From the NCBI GenBank assembly GCA_015063685.1, contig SVTR01000014.1, forward strand, positions 2,717 to 66,716: a stretch of 64,000 bases of DNA, read 5' to 3'. The stretch comes from Oscillospiraceae bacterium. Lineage in GTDB: Bacteria > Bacillota > Clostridia > Oscillospirales > CAG-272. The notes beneath the pieces were generated by a model, which had not been told where the DNA came from, made no database searches, and saw only the letters and a program-made list of their open reading frames with translations. The translations under genes were made by a program, and so were the position numbers. This document shows positions 45,867 through 55,087 of this stretch, piece by piece. The first letter of the stretch is position 1; every line of letters begins with the position of its first letter.

Positions 45867-48077
45867 TCAGTTTTCGGCCACCTGCGCTCTCAACCGCCGA
45901 TACAGCGGCGATGCTTCCACACTGGTCTTGGGAGCCGAAAAGTCAACGTCAAAAGCAAAAATACCGTCCTGGGGTGCCTGGATATGGCACACACCCAGTT
46001 GGTCAAGAATACAAAGGGACAGGCGCATTTTGATATAATCCACCTTTCCGCCGCCCTCCTTGATACGGGTCAGCAGATCCCTGTCGAAAAATGTATGATA
46101 TCCCAGGCGGGCATCCCCGCGAAGCAGGGTATACACACAGGCAATATCGTCTCTTGTGGGGATGATATTTTCCTCGGGGAGGATGGGCGCGCCCGCCATC
46201 ACATCCTCGAACCGTTTCCGCTCAGAGCGGCAGGTCTTTTCATAAGCCTCGGACATACGGGCATCCTGCACGATCATCTGCAAACTGCGCACGCCCTGAT
46301 AGTCATTGATGTTCAGCTGGAACAGCACGTCTGCACGGTCCCCTACCATTACAGGCAAGCGGCTTGCCGGCATGCCGAACCACACGGCCTGCATCATATA
46401 GCCGTCGGCATACAACACCAGTTTTGAATGCTTCCCGTTGCCCAGGGGAATGATCTTCTGAACCGTTACGTCCTTGATCATAAACAGAGGAGTGGGGTTA
46501 GACACCCCGTAAGGCTCCAGCTGATCCAGCTCCTCGGCCAGGGTCATGGTCAACTCATTCATGCTGACCTCACAATCCACCTCGTATCGGACGGCAGTCA
46601 TATCATCGGTAAGGTAATGGGCGGCATACGCATTGATCTTTTCCCGGAAAGCTTCGATATTTCCGCGGCGCACCGTCAGCCCCGCCGCCAGCTCGTGGCC
46701 GCCGAAGCGAACCAGTAGCTCTCTGGCGTCAGACAGTGCCTCTACCAGGTTTAGACCCTTGACGCTTCGTCCGGAGCCCTTACCGATATCGTCCTCGGAG
46801 GGCTCCTGTCCCACCGAGCCGTCAAAGGAAATGAGAATAGAGGGCAGACCGTACTTTTCGGTGATGCGGGAAGCAACGATACCCACGATGCCCTGCAACC
46901 AGCCGTCGTCCTCCAGCACCAGGATCCTGGGTGGCACCTCTGCGGTTGCCAGTTGTTCTTCGATCATACGGTAGGCCTGCTCGGCGATACTGTTTTCCTC
47001 GGCCTGACGCTGTGTATTGATACTGCAAAGCTCTTCCGCCAAGGGAACAGCCTCCTCCTGTGACTCTGCCAGCAACAGATCCACCGCCTTCATAGCGTGA
47101 GAGATCCGTCCGGCGGCGTTGATCCTCGGCGCGATACCATAACCCACAAGCCCTGCGTTTACCTTCCGGCGGGGCTTTTGTGCCGCACCCGCGGCAGGAC
47201 GGATGGTATGATTGCCCGAAATGGCATCCAGCAGGGCGGCCAGTCCGGGGCGGTCCGTATGCTCCAGAAGGCTGAGCCCTCTGGACACGATAAATCGGTT
47301 TTCATCAGCCAGGGGCATAACGTCAGCCACCGTACCGATGGCCACCAGATCCAAAAAGCGATGGCCCACAGCCTGCAAAGCATCACGGTCACTCAGGCCG
47401 CAACGCACAGCCTCACAGGCACAGATAAACTTAAATACCACGCCCACACCTGCCAGCTCCTTGAAGGGATACGGACAATCGGGGCGATGGGGATTGATCA
47501 CCGCCGCGCAGGACGGGATCTCCGCATGGCACTCGTGGTGATCCGTCACCACGGTGTCCATACCCAGGGATTGAGCATAGGCGATCTCCTTGTTGGCGGT
47601 GATACCCGTGTCCACGGTGATGATCAGGTCAACGCCCTCTTCGGCCAGCTTATCCATCACGGGAAGGGACATGCCGTAGCCCTCCTTCTGACGGCTGGGA
47701 ATATAGCTCATCACACGAGCCCCCAATCCCGTCAGATATAGGTGAAGGCAGGTCACCGAGGTGACGCCGTCCACGTCGTAGTCACCGTAAATGGCGATCT
47801 TCTCCCCCTTTGCCAGGGCCTCCAGGGTGCGCTGAACACCTGCCATCATATCCTTCATGAGGAACGGATCGTGGAAGGTCTGCTCATCGCAGGACATAAA
47901 CGCCCGCGCGGCATCGGGATGGGTGTAGCCGCGGTTATATAAAAGCCGTGCCGTCACGGCAGATATATGCAACTCGGCGCTGAGGCGGGCGATCTCCGCA
48001 TCCCGCACCCCTTCATCAGAGGTATAGAGCAAAGACCATATTCGCTCGCGATTCAGGCCTTGTGTATTGTCTTTCAT
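45867..48077 (-). CDS. recJ: Single-stranded-DNA-specific exonuclease RecJ
   Basis: DHH motifs (IYGDYDVDGVTS, VTDHHE) and DHHA1 (GGHELAAG), plus a C-terminal OB-like extension. ATG at 48077. Confidence 0.9.
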   Translation of the reverse strand: MKDNTQGLNRERIWSLLYTSDEGVRDAEIARLSAELHISAVTARLLYNRGYTHPDAARAFMSCDEQTFHDPFLMKDMMAGVQRTLEALAKGEKIAIYGDYDVDGVTSVTCLHLYLTGLGARVMSYIPSRQKEGYGMSLPVMDKLAEEGVDLIITVDTGITANKEIAYAQSLGMDTVVTDHHECHAEIPSCAAVINPHRPDCPYPFKELAGVGVVFKFICACEAVRCGLSDRDALQAVGHRFLDLVAIGTVADVMPLADENRFIVSRGLSLLEHTDRPGLAALLDAISGNHTIRPAAGAAQKPRRKVNAGLVGYGIAPRINAAGRISHAMKAVDLLLAESQEEAVPLAEELCSINTQRQAEENSIAEQAYRMIEEQLATAEVPPRILVLEDDGWLQGIVGIVASRITEKYGLPSILISFDGSVGQEPSEDDIGKGSGRSVKGLNLVEALSDARELLVRFGGHELAAGLTVRRGNIEAFREKINAYAAHYLTDDMTAVRYEVDCEVSMNELTMTLAEELDQLEPYGVSNPTPLFMIKDVTVQKIIPLGNGKHSKLVLYADGYMMQAVWFGMPASRLPVMVGDRADVLFQLNINDYQGVRSLQMIVQDARMSEAYEKTCRSERKRFEDVMAGAPILPEENIIPTRDDIACVYTLLRGDARLGYHTFFDRDLLTRIKEGGGKVDYIKMRLSLCILDQLGVCHIQAPQDGIFAFDVDFSAPKTSVEASPLYRRLRAQVAEN

Positions 48078-48136
48078 AAAGGGATCTTTTCCTTTCAAAA
48101 CTTCTTCACACGAAGGGCCTTAAACGTCAGGTCATT

Positions 48137-49795
48137 TCAAGAAAACTTGCTGATGATGGCCTCAGCCACTCTGAGGCCATCCGTTGCCGCGCTGGTGATG
48201 CCCCCCGCATATCCCGCGCCTTCGCCGCAGGGATAGATACCGGGGTGACCCAAGGCGCAAAAGTCCTCCCCTCGCAGAATGCGCACGGGCGCAGAGGTTC
48301 TGGTCTCCGCACCGGACAAGACTGCCTCAGGCATGGCAAAGCCGGGGAGCTTTCTATCAAAAACCCTCAGTCCTTCTGCCAATGATAGTAGGACGTAGGG
48401 AGGCAGCACCTCGGACAAGGCTGCCGTTTTGAAGTGCCCGCCGCCTCTGTAGGAGGGGAGGACACGGGTAGGTTGCGTCATTCTGTTGGCAGATGCGCCA
48501 CCGAGGAAATCCCCGACGGTCATCACAGGTACGTCGTAATTTTTTCCACCTGCCACGTATGCGGCTCTCTCAATCCGCCGCTGGAACTCAATGGCGCCCA
48601 GCACGTCACTTCCCTCCCAAGGCTCATAATCCTCAGGAAACACCGACACGGCCACGGCGGAGTTGGAATTTGTCAGGTCTCGGGCGCGGTGGCTCATACC
48701 GTTGACCACCACCGTCTCCTCCTCGGAAGCGGCGGCCACCACCTCACCACCGGGGCACATACAGAAAGTATATACACCCCGCGCGCCCTTGGTGTGGGAG
48801 AGATGATACTCCCCTGCCCCAAGATCGGGATGTCCCGCCATATCTCCGTAGAGCATTTTATCCATGTCTTCTCTGAGGTGCTCAATGCGCACACCCACCG
48901 ACATGGGCTTAGGCACCAGGGTATACCCCGATTTAAGCAGCATCGCGTAGGTGTCTCTGGCACTATGGCCGGGGGCCAGCACGATGACGCCGCAATGAAG
49001 CTCCCCACGGGTAGTGACAGCGATAAAGGTTCCGTCGGCCAGAGACTTGATACCGTCCAGACGGCAACGGAACATGACTTCCCCACCCAACGCCGTGATC
49101 TCATCCAACAGATTGGACACCACCAGACGGAGCACATCGGTGCCCACGTGGGGCTTGGCGTTCAGGGTAATGTCCTCAGGCGCCCCCATATCCCGCAGAG
49201 TCTCCAACACAAAAGCGCAGCGAGGATCGTTGATACGGGTCAGAAGCTTACCGTCCGAAAAGGTTCCGGCACCGCCCGCGCCAAACTGGATATTGGATTC
49301 GGTATCCAAAACGCCCAAACTCACAAAGCGATTCACGGCGGCCACACGGTCAGCCACGTTATCTCCGCGGTCAATGAGCAGAGGACGGTAGCCCTCCTTC
49401 GCCAGAAGGTAAGCGCAGAACAGCCCCGCAGGGCCTGTCCCTACTACCAGGGGGCGAGCCAACATAGGCGTGCTTCCCTTCTCGGTTTTGAGTGCCCCCG
49501 GCAGATGGGGCTTGTATCCGCAACGGATCAGGGACGCCTCGGAAAGAGGCCTTTCTCCGTCCTTTACACGGCACAAAACCGAGTATACCAAACGGATATC
49601 CTCTCTCTTTCGGGCATCCACGGATTTTTTATAAAGTCGAAAATGAAGCGACCCGGTGTGAAATCCGGAACGCTTCATTTTTTGTTCAGCTTTGTATAGC
49701 ACGTCGGAGACAGGAGTACCCACAGGCACGGATATCCCCTCCACAATGGCCTCACGAACCTCGGCGCCGTAGCCGCCGTCCCGTTTTTCGGGCAT
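48137..49795 (-). CDS. FAD-dependent protein (COG2509-type uncharacterised dehydrogenase)
   Basis: Dinucleotide fold VVGTGPAGLFCAYLLAKEG and C-terminal GEGAGYAGGI. ATG at 49795 avoids overlap with the upstream small gene. Confidence 0.7.
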   Translation of the reverse strand: MPEKRDGGYGAEVREAIVEGISVPVGTPVSDVLYKAEQKMKRSGFHTGSLHFRLYKKSVDARKREDIRLVYSVLCRVKDGERPLSEASLIRCGYKPHLPGALKTEKGSTPMLARPLVVGTGPAGLFCAYLLAKEGYRPLLIDRGDNVADRVAAVNRFVSLGVLDTESNIQFGAGGAGTFSDGKLLTRINDPRCAFVLETLRDMGAPEDITLNAKPHVGTDVLRLVVSNLLDEITALGGEVMFRCRLDGIKSLADGTFIAVTTRGELHCGVIVLAPGHSARDTYAMLLKSGYTLVPKPMSVGVRIEHLREDMDKMLYGDMAGHPDLGAGEYHLSHTKGARGVYTFCMCPGGEVVAAASEEETVVVNGMSHRARDLTNSNSAVAVSVFPEDYEPWEGSDVLGAIEFQRRIERAAYVAGGKNYDVPVMTVGDFLGGASANRMTQPTRVLPSYRGGGHFKTAALSEVLPPYVLLSLAEGLRVFDRKLPGFAMPEAVLSGAETRTSAPVRILRGEDFCALGHPGIYPCGEGAGYAGGITSAATDGLRVAEAIISKFS

Positions 49796-49802
49796 CTGAC
49801 CG

Positions 49803-50060
49803 TCACGCTTCACCGCCGGTGCCTCCCCTGATAAGGGTATCAAAGGCAGTCTCATGGGTGATCACAGCCGAAACCGTCTCATTGCCCTTGCTTTCCTCGG
49901 GCGTCGTGGTCTTTGGAGGATTGTTGGTACCCGTCAGATACAGCCATACAAAAACAGCACAGGCAAAAGAGATCAGAAGCACCAAAAAGTTCGGTCTAAA
50001 GCGAACCTTTTGCACCTCAACCCTTCTTTTGCTGATTTTCACGAGTTTGAATCGAGCCAT
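49803..50060 (-). CDS. Small single-pass membrane protein in the cdaR position (85 aa)
   Basis: Basic N-terminus plus a TM helix (FLVLLISFACAVFVWLYL), then a short T/P/E tail. No YbbR repeats. Confidence 0.45.
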   Translation of the reverse strand: MARFKLVKISKRRVEVQKVRFRPNFLVLLISFACAVFVWLYLTGTNNPPKTTTPEESKGNETVSAVITHETAFDTLIRGGTGGEA

Positions 50061-50151
50061 GTCAAGTCCTTTCTGATACGCGATCTCCCGCAAGGATCTC
50101 TTTCCGTTGTGGGAAATCCCCACACGCGGATATCGCCGTCTTTTCAATGGT

Positions 50152-51183
50152 TCAAGAATTGTCAGCAGCGTCCTTTTCCTCGTGCTCCCCACGGGATGTG
50201 GGCCGAGCGCGGAGCTTCAACTGCTTTTCAGTACGTCTCTGCTTGCTTTTGGCCTGGCGAAGCACGCGCTTGCGCTCCTTTTCGGCCTTGCGCATTTCCA
50301 GACGGCTGACCTCCTCCAGGCTGACGTTGGTCAGCATATGGAACAGATCCTGCCGCAGATTGTTGCGGATCACCTTCACGCTTTCCTCAGCCTTCAGATC
50401 CGACACGTTTTTGTTATAGTCCATTTTGATCACGCCGGCGTTAGCCACCGAGATACGGTGACGCTCCTCGGATACCACCACGACCACGCAGTCGTTGCAG
50501 TACTCCGTAATGCCAACGGCCGCTCTGTGGCGGGTACCCAACCCCTTCATATCCTCTTCGTTGTTGGTCAGGGGGAGCTTACACCCCGCGGCGGCAATAC
50601 GGTTTTCGCTGATGATCACAGCACCGTCGTGCAGGGGGGAGCGGTTGATAAAGATATTTCTCAGCAGGGCCACCGAAATATCGGCATTCAGCTTTTGACC
50701 CTTATCCACGTACTCACCCAGCTTGGTGGTTCGCTCGATCACGATCAGGGCACCGTCGGAATCCTCCTGGGCAATGGCAATGGCGGCATCCACCACTGCG
50801 TTGATGGTGTTGGTCACCTCGGATTGCTCCTTATCGCCCATAGCGCGGAAACCAAAGGGAGTGGAGCCGATCCGCTCCAGTACGTCTCGCAGCTCGGGTT
50901 GGAAAATGATAACGATAATGATCACGCCCACCGAGATCACCGCCGAGATGATCTGATGGAAGATGTGAATATTCATGATATCGGTCAGAATATAGATCAC
51001 GATCACCATCACCACACCGATGGCCAGCTTACCCGCGCGGCGTCCCTTGACAAAGGAATAGGCAAAATAGAACAGCGCGGTCAAAAGCAGAATATCCAAA
51101 AGATCAGCAGGCATCCTGAAGCTGCTGATGGGGCCTGCTATGTACCGCTCCCATGTGCCCTGTAGCAATTCACCAAAACTCAC
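50152..51183 (-). CDS. cdaA: Diadenylate cyclase CdaA with a long basic C-terminal extension
   Basis: Three N-terminal TM helices; DAC domain motifs DGALIV, RSPLHDGAVII and GTRHRAA. GTG start 7 nt after GGAGGAG. ~70 extra K/R/E-rich residues at the C-terminus. Confidence 0.85.
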   Translation of the reverse strand: MSFGELLQGTWERYIAGPISSFRMPADLLDILLLTALFYFAYSFVKGRRAGKLAIGVVMVIVIYILTDIMNIHIFHQIISAVISVGVIIIVIIFQPELRDVLERIGSTPFGFRAMGDKEQSEVTNTINAVVDAAIAIAQEDSDGALIVIERTTKLGEYVDKGQKLNADISVALLRNIFINRSPLHDGAVIISENRIAAAGCKLPLTNNEEDMKGLGTRHRAAVGITEYCNDCVVVVVSEERHRISVANAGVIKMDYNKNVSDLKAEESVKVIRNNLRQDLFHMLTNVSLEEVSRLEMRKAEKERKRVLRQAKSKQRRTEKQLKLRARPTSRGEHEEKDAADNS

Positions 51184-51226
51184 GGTATATCTCCTCCCGT
51201 AGGGTCGTTTGAAAGTTAATAGATAT

Positions 51227-51255
51227 ATTATAACATATGTATATCATTTTTACAA
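51227..51255 (-). promoter_or_regulatory. Sigma-A promoter for cdaA
   Basis: Minus strand TTGTAA (51255..51250), 17 nt, TATAAT (51232..51227), with an upstream TGT extended -10. Confidence 0.5.
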
Positions 51256-51348
51256 ACCCCTGATGTCATAATTCAAAAAAAATTAACTTCTTTTCGACAA
51301 ATTTTACCTTTTGTACCGTGTCTTGACGAGCAGTAACGGGCAAATACC

Positions 51349-51383
51349 AAAAAAATAGGTCGGTTCCCTTAAAGGAACCGACC
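51349..51383 (-). terminator. Intrinsic terminator after the DUF4956 gene
   Basis: Minus-strand GGUCGGUUCC...GGAACCGACC (51383..51358) followed by UAUUUUUUU. Confidence 0.85.
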
Positions 51384-51414
51384 CTATGTTTCAAGGCACC
51401 GCGGGAGGCTTGCT

Positions 51415-52092
51415 TTACAGCTCCTCCATCATGTTCTGAACCAAGCTGATATTCAGGTTGCCGTTGCGCTCACGAAGCTCGTCGATAAACAGCTTTTCCT
51501 CAGTCCTGTTCTTCAGGACCACGCGGAAATCAAGCTCCAAAAGGGTACCGTAATCCGTGGTTTTGATGCGGTTGAGGTGGTAATATTTGCAATATTTCTT
51601 GAGAACGGGATCAAATACATCGGTATAGTCCAGACTTTCGGGGATGAGAATACGAAGTCTCTTACCCTTGCCGCCGGAGCGATCCAGACCAATGATGGAC
51701 ATGATGATAATAAAGGCCAGGATAAGTCCCAAAGCCACGGCACCAAAGCCGATAAAACCAACACCGCAGGCCATACCGGAGGCAATAGACAGGTAGAAAT
51801 AGATGATATCCCGAGGGTCCTCCACCGTATTTCGGAAACGGATCAGGGCGAGACCGCCACCGATAGAAATGGCGCGGGCGATATTGCTACCGATGCAGAT
51901 AACGATGATGGATACGATGGGGCCCAAAAGCATCATGGTAAACATGACCGAAGGGCGCCAGCCCGAGCGGCGGTGAGTAAACATGTACACCAGCATGATC
52001 ACAAAAGAGAAAGCAATAGCGCAGCCCATCAGCGTCAGCGCGCGGCCCAATGTGATGACTGTAATGTCTTCGCTGTAAAGCAAATGATTCAT
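51415..52092 (-). CDS. DUF4956-family membrane protein
   Basis: Four TM helices plus the IRFRNTVEDPRDIIYFYLSIASGMACG pattern typical of DUF4956. Paired with a VTC-domain gene. Confidence 0.65.
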   Translation of the reverse strand: MNHLLYSEDITVITLGRALTLMGCAIAFSFVIMLVYMFTHRRSGWRPSVMFTMMLLGPIVSIIVICIGSNIARAISIGGGLALIRFRNTVEDPRDIIYFYLSIASGMACGVGFIGFGAVALGLILAFIIIMSIIGLDRSGGKGKRLRILIPESLDYTDVFDPVLKKYCKYYHLNRIKTTDYGTLLELDFRVVLKNRTEEKLFIDELRERNGNLNISLVQNMMEEL

Positions 52093-52175
52093 AGGTAAAT
52101 CCCCCTTGAATTTCTTTGATTATTTGAGAAGTGGTCGCTTGTAAGGGTGTTTTATCGCGCGGAGTCTGTACGACA

Positions 52176-52928
52176 TTAATGGATCAGGCGAAGGTAATGT
52201 TCCTCATCGTTGGCGGCACAAGCCTGGTGATATGTATGGAGCTTGAAATCGGTACCGCACTTGGAAAAGGTGTGGAAGGAAAGGTCGAAATCACTCATAA
52301 CGTGGCAGAACCACAGGGGCACCGCCCCAGCGAATTTCACCTCCAGCACCATTTTGCCGGGGGATAGCACAGGCTCGCCGTAGCGGCCCAGAGACAAGTC
52401 AAGATCGTACCGTCTCGTGAGGATATCGCTATCCAGGGTCACACGGAAGGAGGGGTCGTCCTTGGCAAAAAAGGCTCTGCGAAGATAACTGACGTAGATC
52501 CTGGGGATCACGGTTTCGTGAGATCTGTAGTAGTCGATCTCACGGAGCACCTGCTCGTCGATGTAGGATAGCCCCGAGGGATGAATGCCCGTCTCCAGGT
52601 ACCGCTGCGCATCCTTGAGCAACAGCTTGGCGCGGCGCTTGGTGCCTACACCGTACAGCTTTTTCTTCAGCTCCAGGAAAACCTTGGTATCGGGAGTTGG
52701 CACTCCGTAGCTGCGGAGACGAAGCTTTTCCTTGTACTTAGGCAAGGTCACCGAGGTACGGATCACGTTGTCGTTGACATCATCAAAATAGATGTTGCTG
52801 ATCATGTACGGCTCGCCGTTCAAGTTATGCGAGTCAAATTCCATGCGGGGAAGAATACGTTCGAGAAAGGCCGGCATATCGGAGATCTGCATGGTGGTTT
52901 TTTTCTCCATGCGTTTGAAGGTATTCAT
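52176..52928 (-). CDS. VTC (polyphosphate polymerase, CYTH-like) domain protein
   Basis: KEKLRLRSYG ... VFLELKKKLYGVGTKRRAKL pattern of bacterial VTC-domain proteins. 250 aa. Confidence 0.65.
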   Translation of the reverse strand: MNTFKRMEKKTTMQISDMPAFLERILPRMEFDSHNLNGEPYMISNIYFDDVNDNVIRTSVTLPKYKEKLRLRSYGVPTPDTKVFLELKKKLYGVGTKRRAKLLLKDAQRYLETGIHPSGLSYIDEQVLREIDYYRSHETVIPRIYVSYLRRAFFAKDDPSFRVTLDSDILTRRYDLDLSLGRYGEPVLSPGKMVLEVKFAGAVPLWFCHVMSDFDLSFHTFSKCGTDFKLHTYHQACAANDEEHYLRLIH

Positions 52929-53214
52929 AAACGCCGATCACCTCCTGTCGGAAAATAACTGACTTAACAATTTATTATACCTTGCACATATGTACTTCTT
53001 ATGAACTTAGCATGAATTTTTCGTCGAATTTTTTGAATATCGCACGCATCTTTGAGCGTCATCCTCTCTCTCGGTCATTTCCATACAAGCCACAAATTTC
53101 AACGGCTAAACCTTCAAAAAAGCAGGGACAATAACCGAGAAGCATTTTCACGTCTTAACGTCTTAACGTCTTAACCCCATGGGGGTGCAAGACCACGTCC
53201 GAAAGGAGTTCCTT

Positions 53215-54024
53215 ATGATTCACAAAGCAATAGATAAAATCCCGAGTTCCCTCCTGTCCCTTTTGCTCTGCCTGAGCCTCGCCGTGTGGGAAGTTACCCC
53301 AATCCAAGCGGCGGGTGAAAAGCCTATAGGATGGTATTGCGTTCGCGCCAAGGAGCACAAGCAGCCCTGCGCCGATCCCACCCTTTCCTTTGTAGAGCAG
53401 TACGGCGGCTACTATATTGATCACCGCCACACTTCCCCCGATGCCGAGGATAAGGTGGTATATCTCACCTTTGACGCCGGCTATGAAAACGGTAACGTGG
53501 CCAAAATTTTGGACACCCTCAAAGCCGAGGAGGTCCCCGCCGCATTTTTCATATTGGGCAATCTGCCCGAAGCCCAGCCCACATTGGTGCGCCGCATGGC
53601 AGACGAAGGGCATCTCGTCTGTAATCACACCTTTACCCACAAAGATATGACGGGAAGCCGGGTGGATCAGCTGGCCGAAGAGCTATCCCGCCTGGAGACG
53701 GCTTGCAAGGATCTGTGCGGCGTGACGGTGGCCAAATTTTTTCGTCCTCCCGAAGGTAAATTTGACCGTCTCATGCTGATGGAAGCTCAGCGGGCAGGCT
53801 ACAAAACCGTCTTCTGGAGCTTTGCCTACGCCGATTGGGACAATCAAAAGCAGCCCCAGCCTGCGGCGGCCAGACAAAAGATCCTGGAGAATATGCACAA
53901 CGGTGCGGTGATCCTGCTTCACCCCACATCCGCCACCAACGCCGCCATTTTGGGAGAGGTGATCACCACGCTGAAGGTCGAGGGATATCGCTTCGGCACA
54001 TTGTATGAGCTGACGGAGGCATGA
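53215..54024 (+). CDS. pdaA: Polysaccharide deacetylase, PdaA-like (delta-lactam biosynthetic de-N-acetylase type)
   Basis: Signal peptide, then NodB motifs YLTFDAGYENG and GHLVCNHTFTH. GAAAGGAG SD before the ATG at 53215. Confidence 0.7.
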   Translation: MIHKAIDKIPSSLLSLLLCLSLAVWEVTPIQAAGEKPIGWYCVRAKEHKQPCADPTLSFVEQYGGYYIDHRHTSPDAEDKVVYLTFDAGYENGNVAKILDTLKAEEVPAAFFILGNLPEAQPTLVRRMADEGHLVCNHTFTHKDMTGSRVDQLAEELSRLETACKDLCGVTVAKFFRPPEGKFDRLMLMEAQRAGYKTVFWSFAYADWDNQKQPQPAAARQKILENMHNGAVILLHPTSATNAAILGEVITTLKVEGYRFGTLYELTEA

Positions 54025-54030
54025 AGCACT

Positions 54031-54858
54031 ATGAACAAATCCAACGGCGTCAGCCGTCACTGCAGAAGCCGCCGCATAGAAATGGCTTTTTTGATCTTGG
54101 GAATCAGCTTTCTCTTTCTCATAGGCATTCTTTTGTGGAGCTGGGGACGTCTGAGGGACGCTGAGCCCCGAGCGGTCGATATCACGGCTCCCGAGGCAGA
54201 AGCCGTGGTGGGTGAAAACATCCGCGAGCCTATAGAAGCCGAGACCGACCGTGACATCGTCTTCTATCGAAAGGCCAATGACAACATGGAGATCGCGCTC
54301 ACCTTCGACGACGGCCCTCATCCCTACTATACCCCTTTGATCCTGGAAATTCTCGCAGAATACGATATCAAGGCTACCTTTTTCATGATCGGTGAAAACA
54401 TCAAGTACTACCCTGCCGCCGCAGAGGCCGTGCTGGCCGCAGGGCATGAGATCGGGAATCACACCAACCATCACAGAGGGTTGAAATCCATGTCTGACAA
54501 CGAAATTTTGAAGGAGATCGAGGACTGTGAGGACGAGATCTTCGCCCTTGGAGAATACCGGCCTCAGTTTGTCCGCCCACCCGAGGGCGCCATGAACGAC
54601 CAGGTGCGTCACGTGGTGAGAGACCTGAATTACCGCATCATCCTCTGGGACGTTGACACCCACGATTGGGCTCACACCGCCCCCGCCGAGATCACACGAC
54701 ACGTCCTCAAGGAAATCGACGCGGGAGATATCATCCTCATGCACGACTTCATCGGCCACAACAGTCCCACCCCGGAGGCCTTGCGGATGATGATTCCCGA
54801 GCTTCTGGCACGGGGGTACAAGTTCGTGACGGTAGGGGAGCTTTTGGATGGCTCGTAA
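54031..54858 (+). CDS. Membrane-anchored polysaccharide deacetylase (NodB domain)
   Basis: TM anchor, then LTFDDGPHP and GHEIGNHTNHH. Confidence 0.8.
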   Translation: MNKSNGVSRHCRSRRIEMAFLILGISFLFLIGILLWSWGRLRDAEPRAVDITAPEAEAVVGENIREPIEAETDRDIVFYRKANDNMEIALTFDDGPHPYYTPLILEILAEYDIKATFFMIGENIKYYPAAAEAVLAAGHEIGNHTNHHRGLKSMSDNEILKEIEDCEDEIFALGEYRPQFVRPPEGAMNDQVRHVVRDLNYRIILWDVDTHDWAHTAPAEITRHVLKEIDAGDIILMHDFIGHNSPTPEALRMMIPELLARGYKFVTVGELLDGS

Positions 54859-54920
54859 CACAAATACGGAGGAAGCACTTGTATGCTTCCTCCGTATTCG
54901 GTATTTTGAGATAACCTACA

Positions 54921-55081
54921 GGGCATCTCTAAAAACTCATCGCACGTCGATATGACGGTGCTTTTTCCGTCATACGTCACAAAATTCTTTCGCATAGGGT
55001 CAACTATGCGTGCAGATTTTTGTTTAGTCTGACGAAAAAATCTCTCGCATCTCGCCGCACGCTGAGTATTTAGAGATGCCC
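54921..55081 (-). mobile_element. MITE family 1, copy D (161 bp, inverted relative to A-C)
   Basis: Same TIRs, flanked by TACA on both sides. By eye it has ~4 differences from the reverse complement of copy B. Its end lies 6 nt from the LRR lipoprotein stop. Confidence 0.85.
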
Positions 55082-55087
55082 TACAAT

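Noticed and set aside
53151-53174. Three tandem copies of CGTCTTAA upstream of the pdaA-like gene
   Set aside because: It is only 24 nt with no second occurrence in the window. That is too little to call a regulatory repeat.
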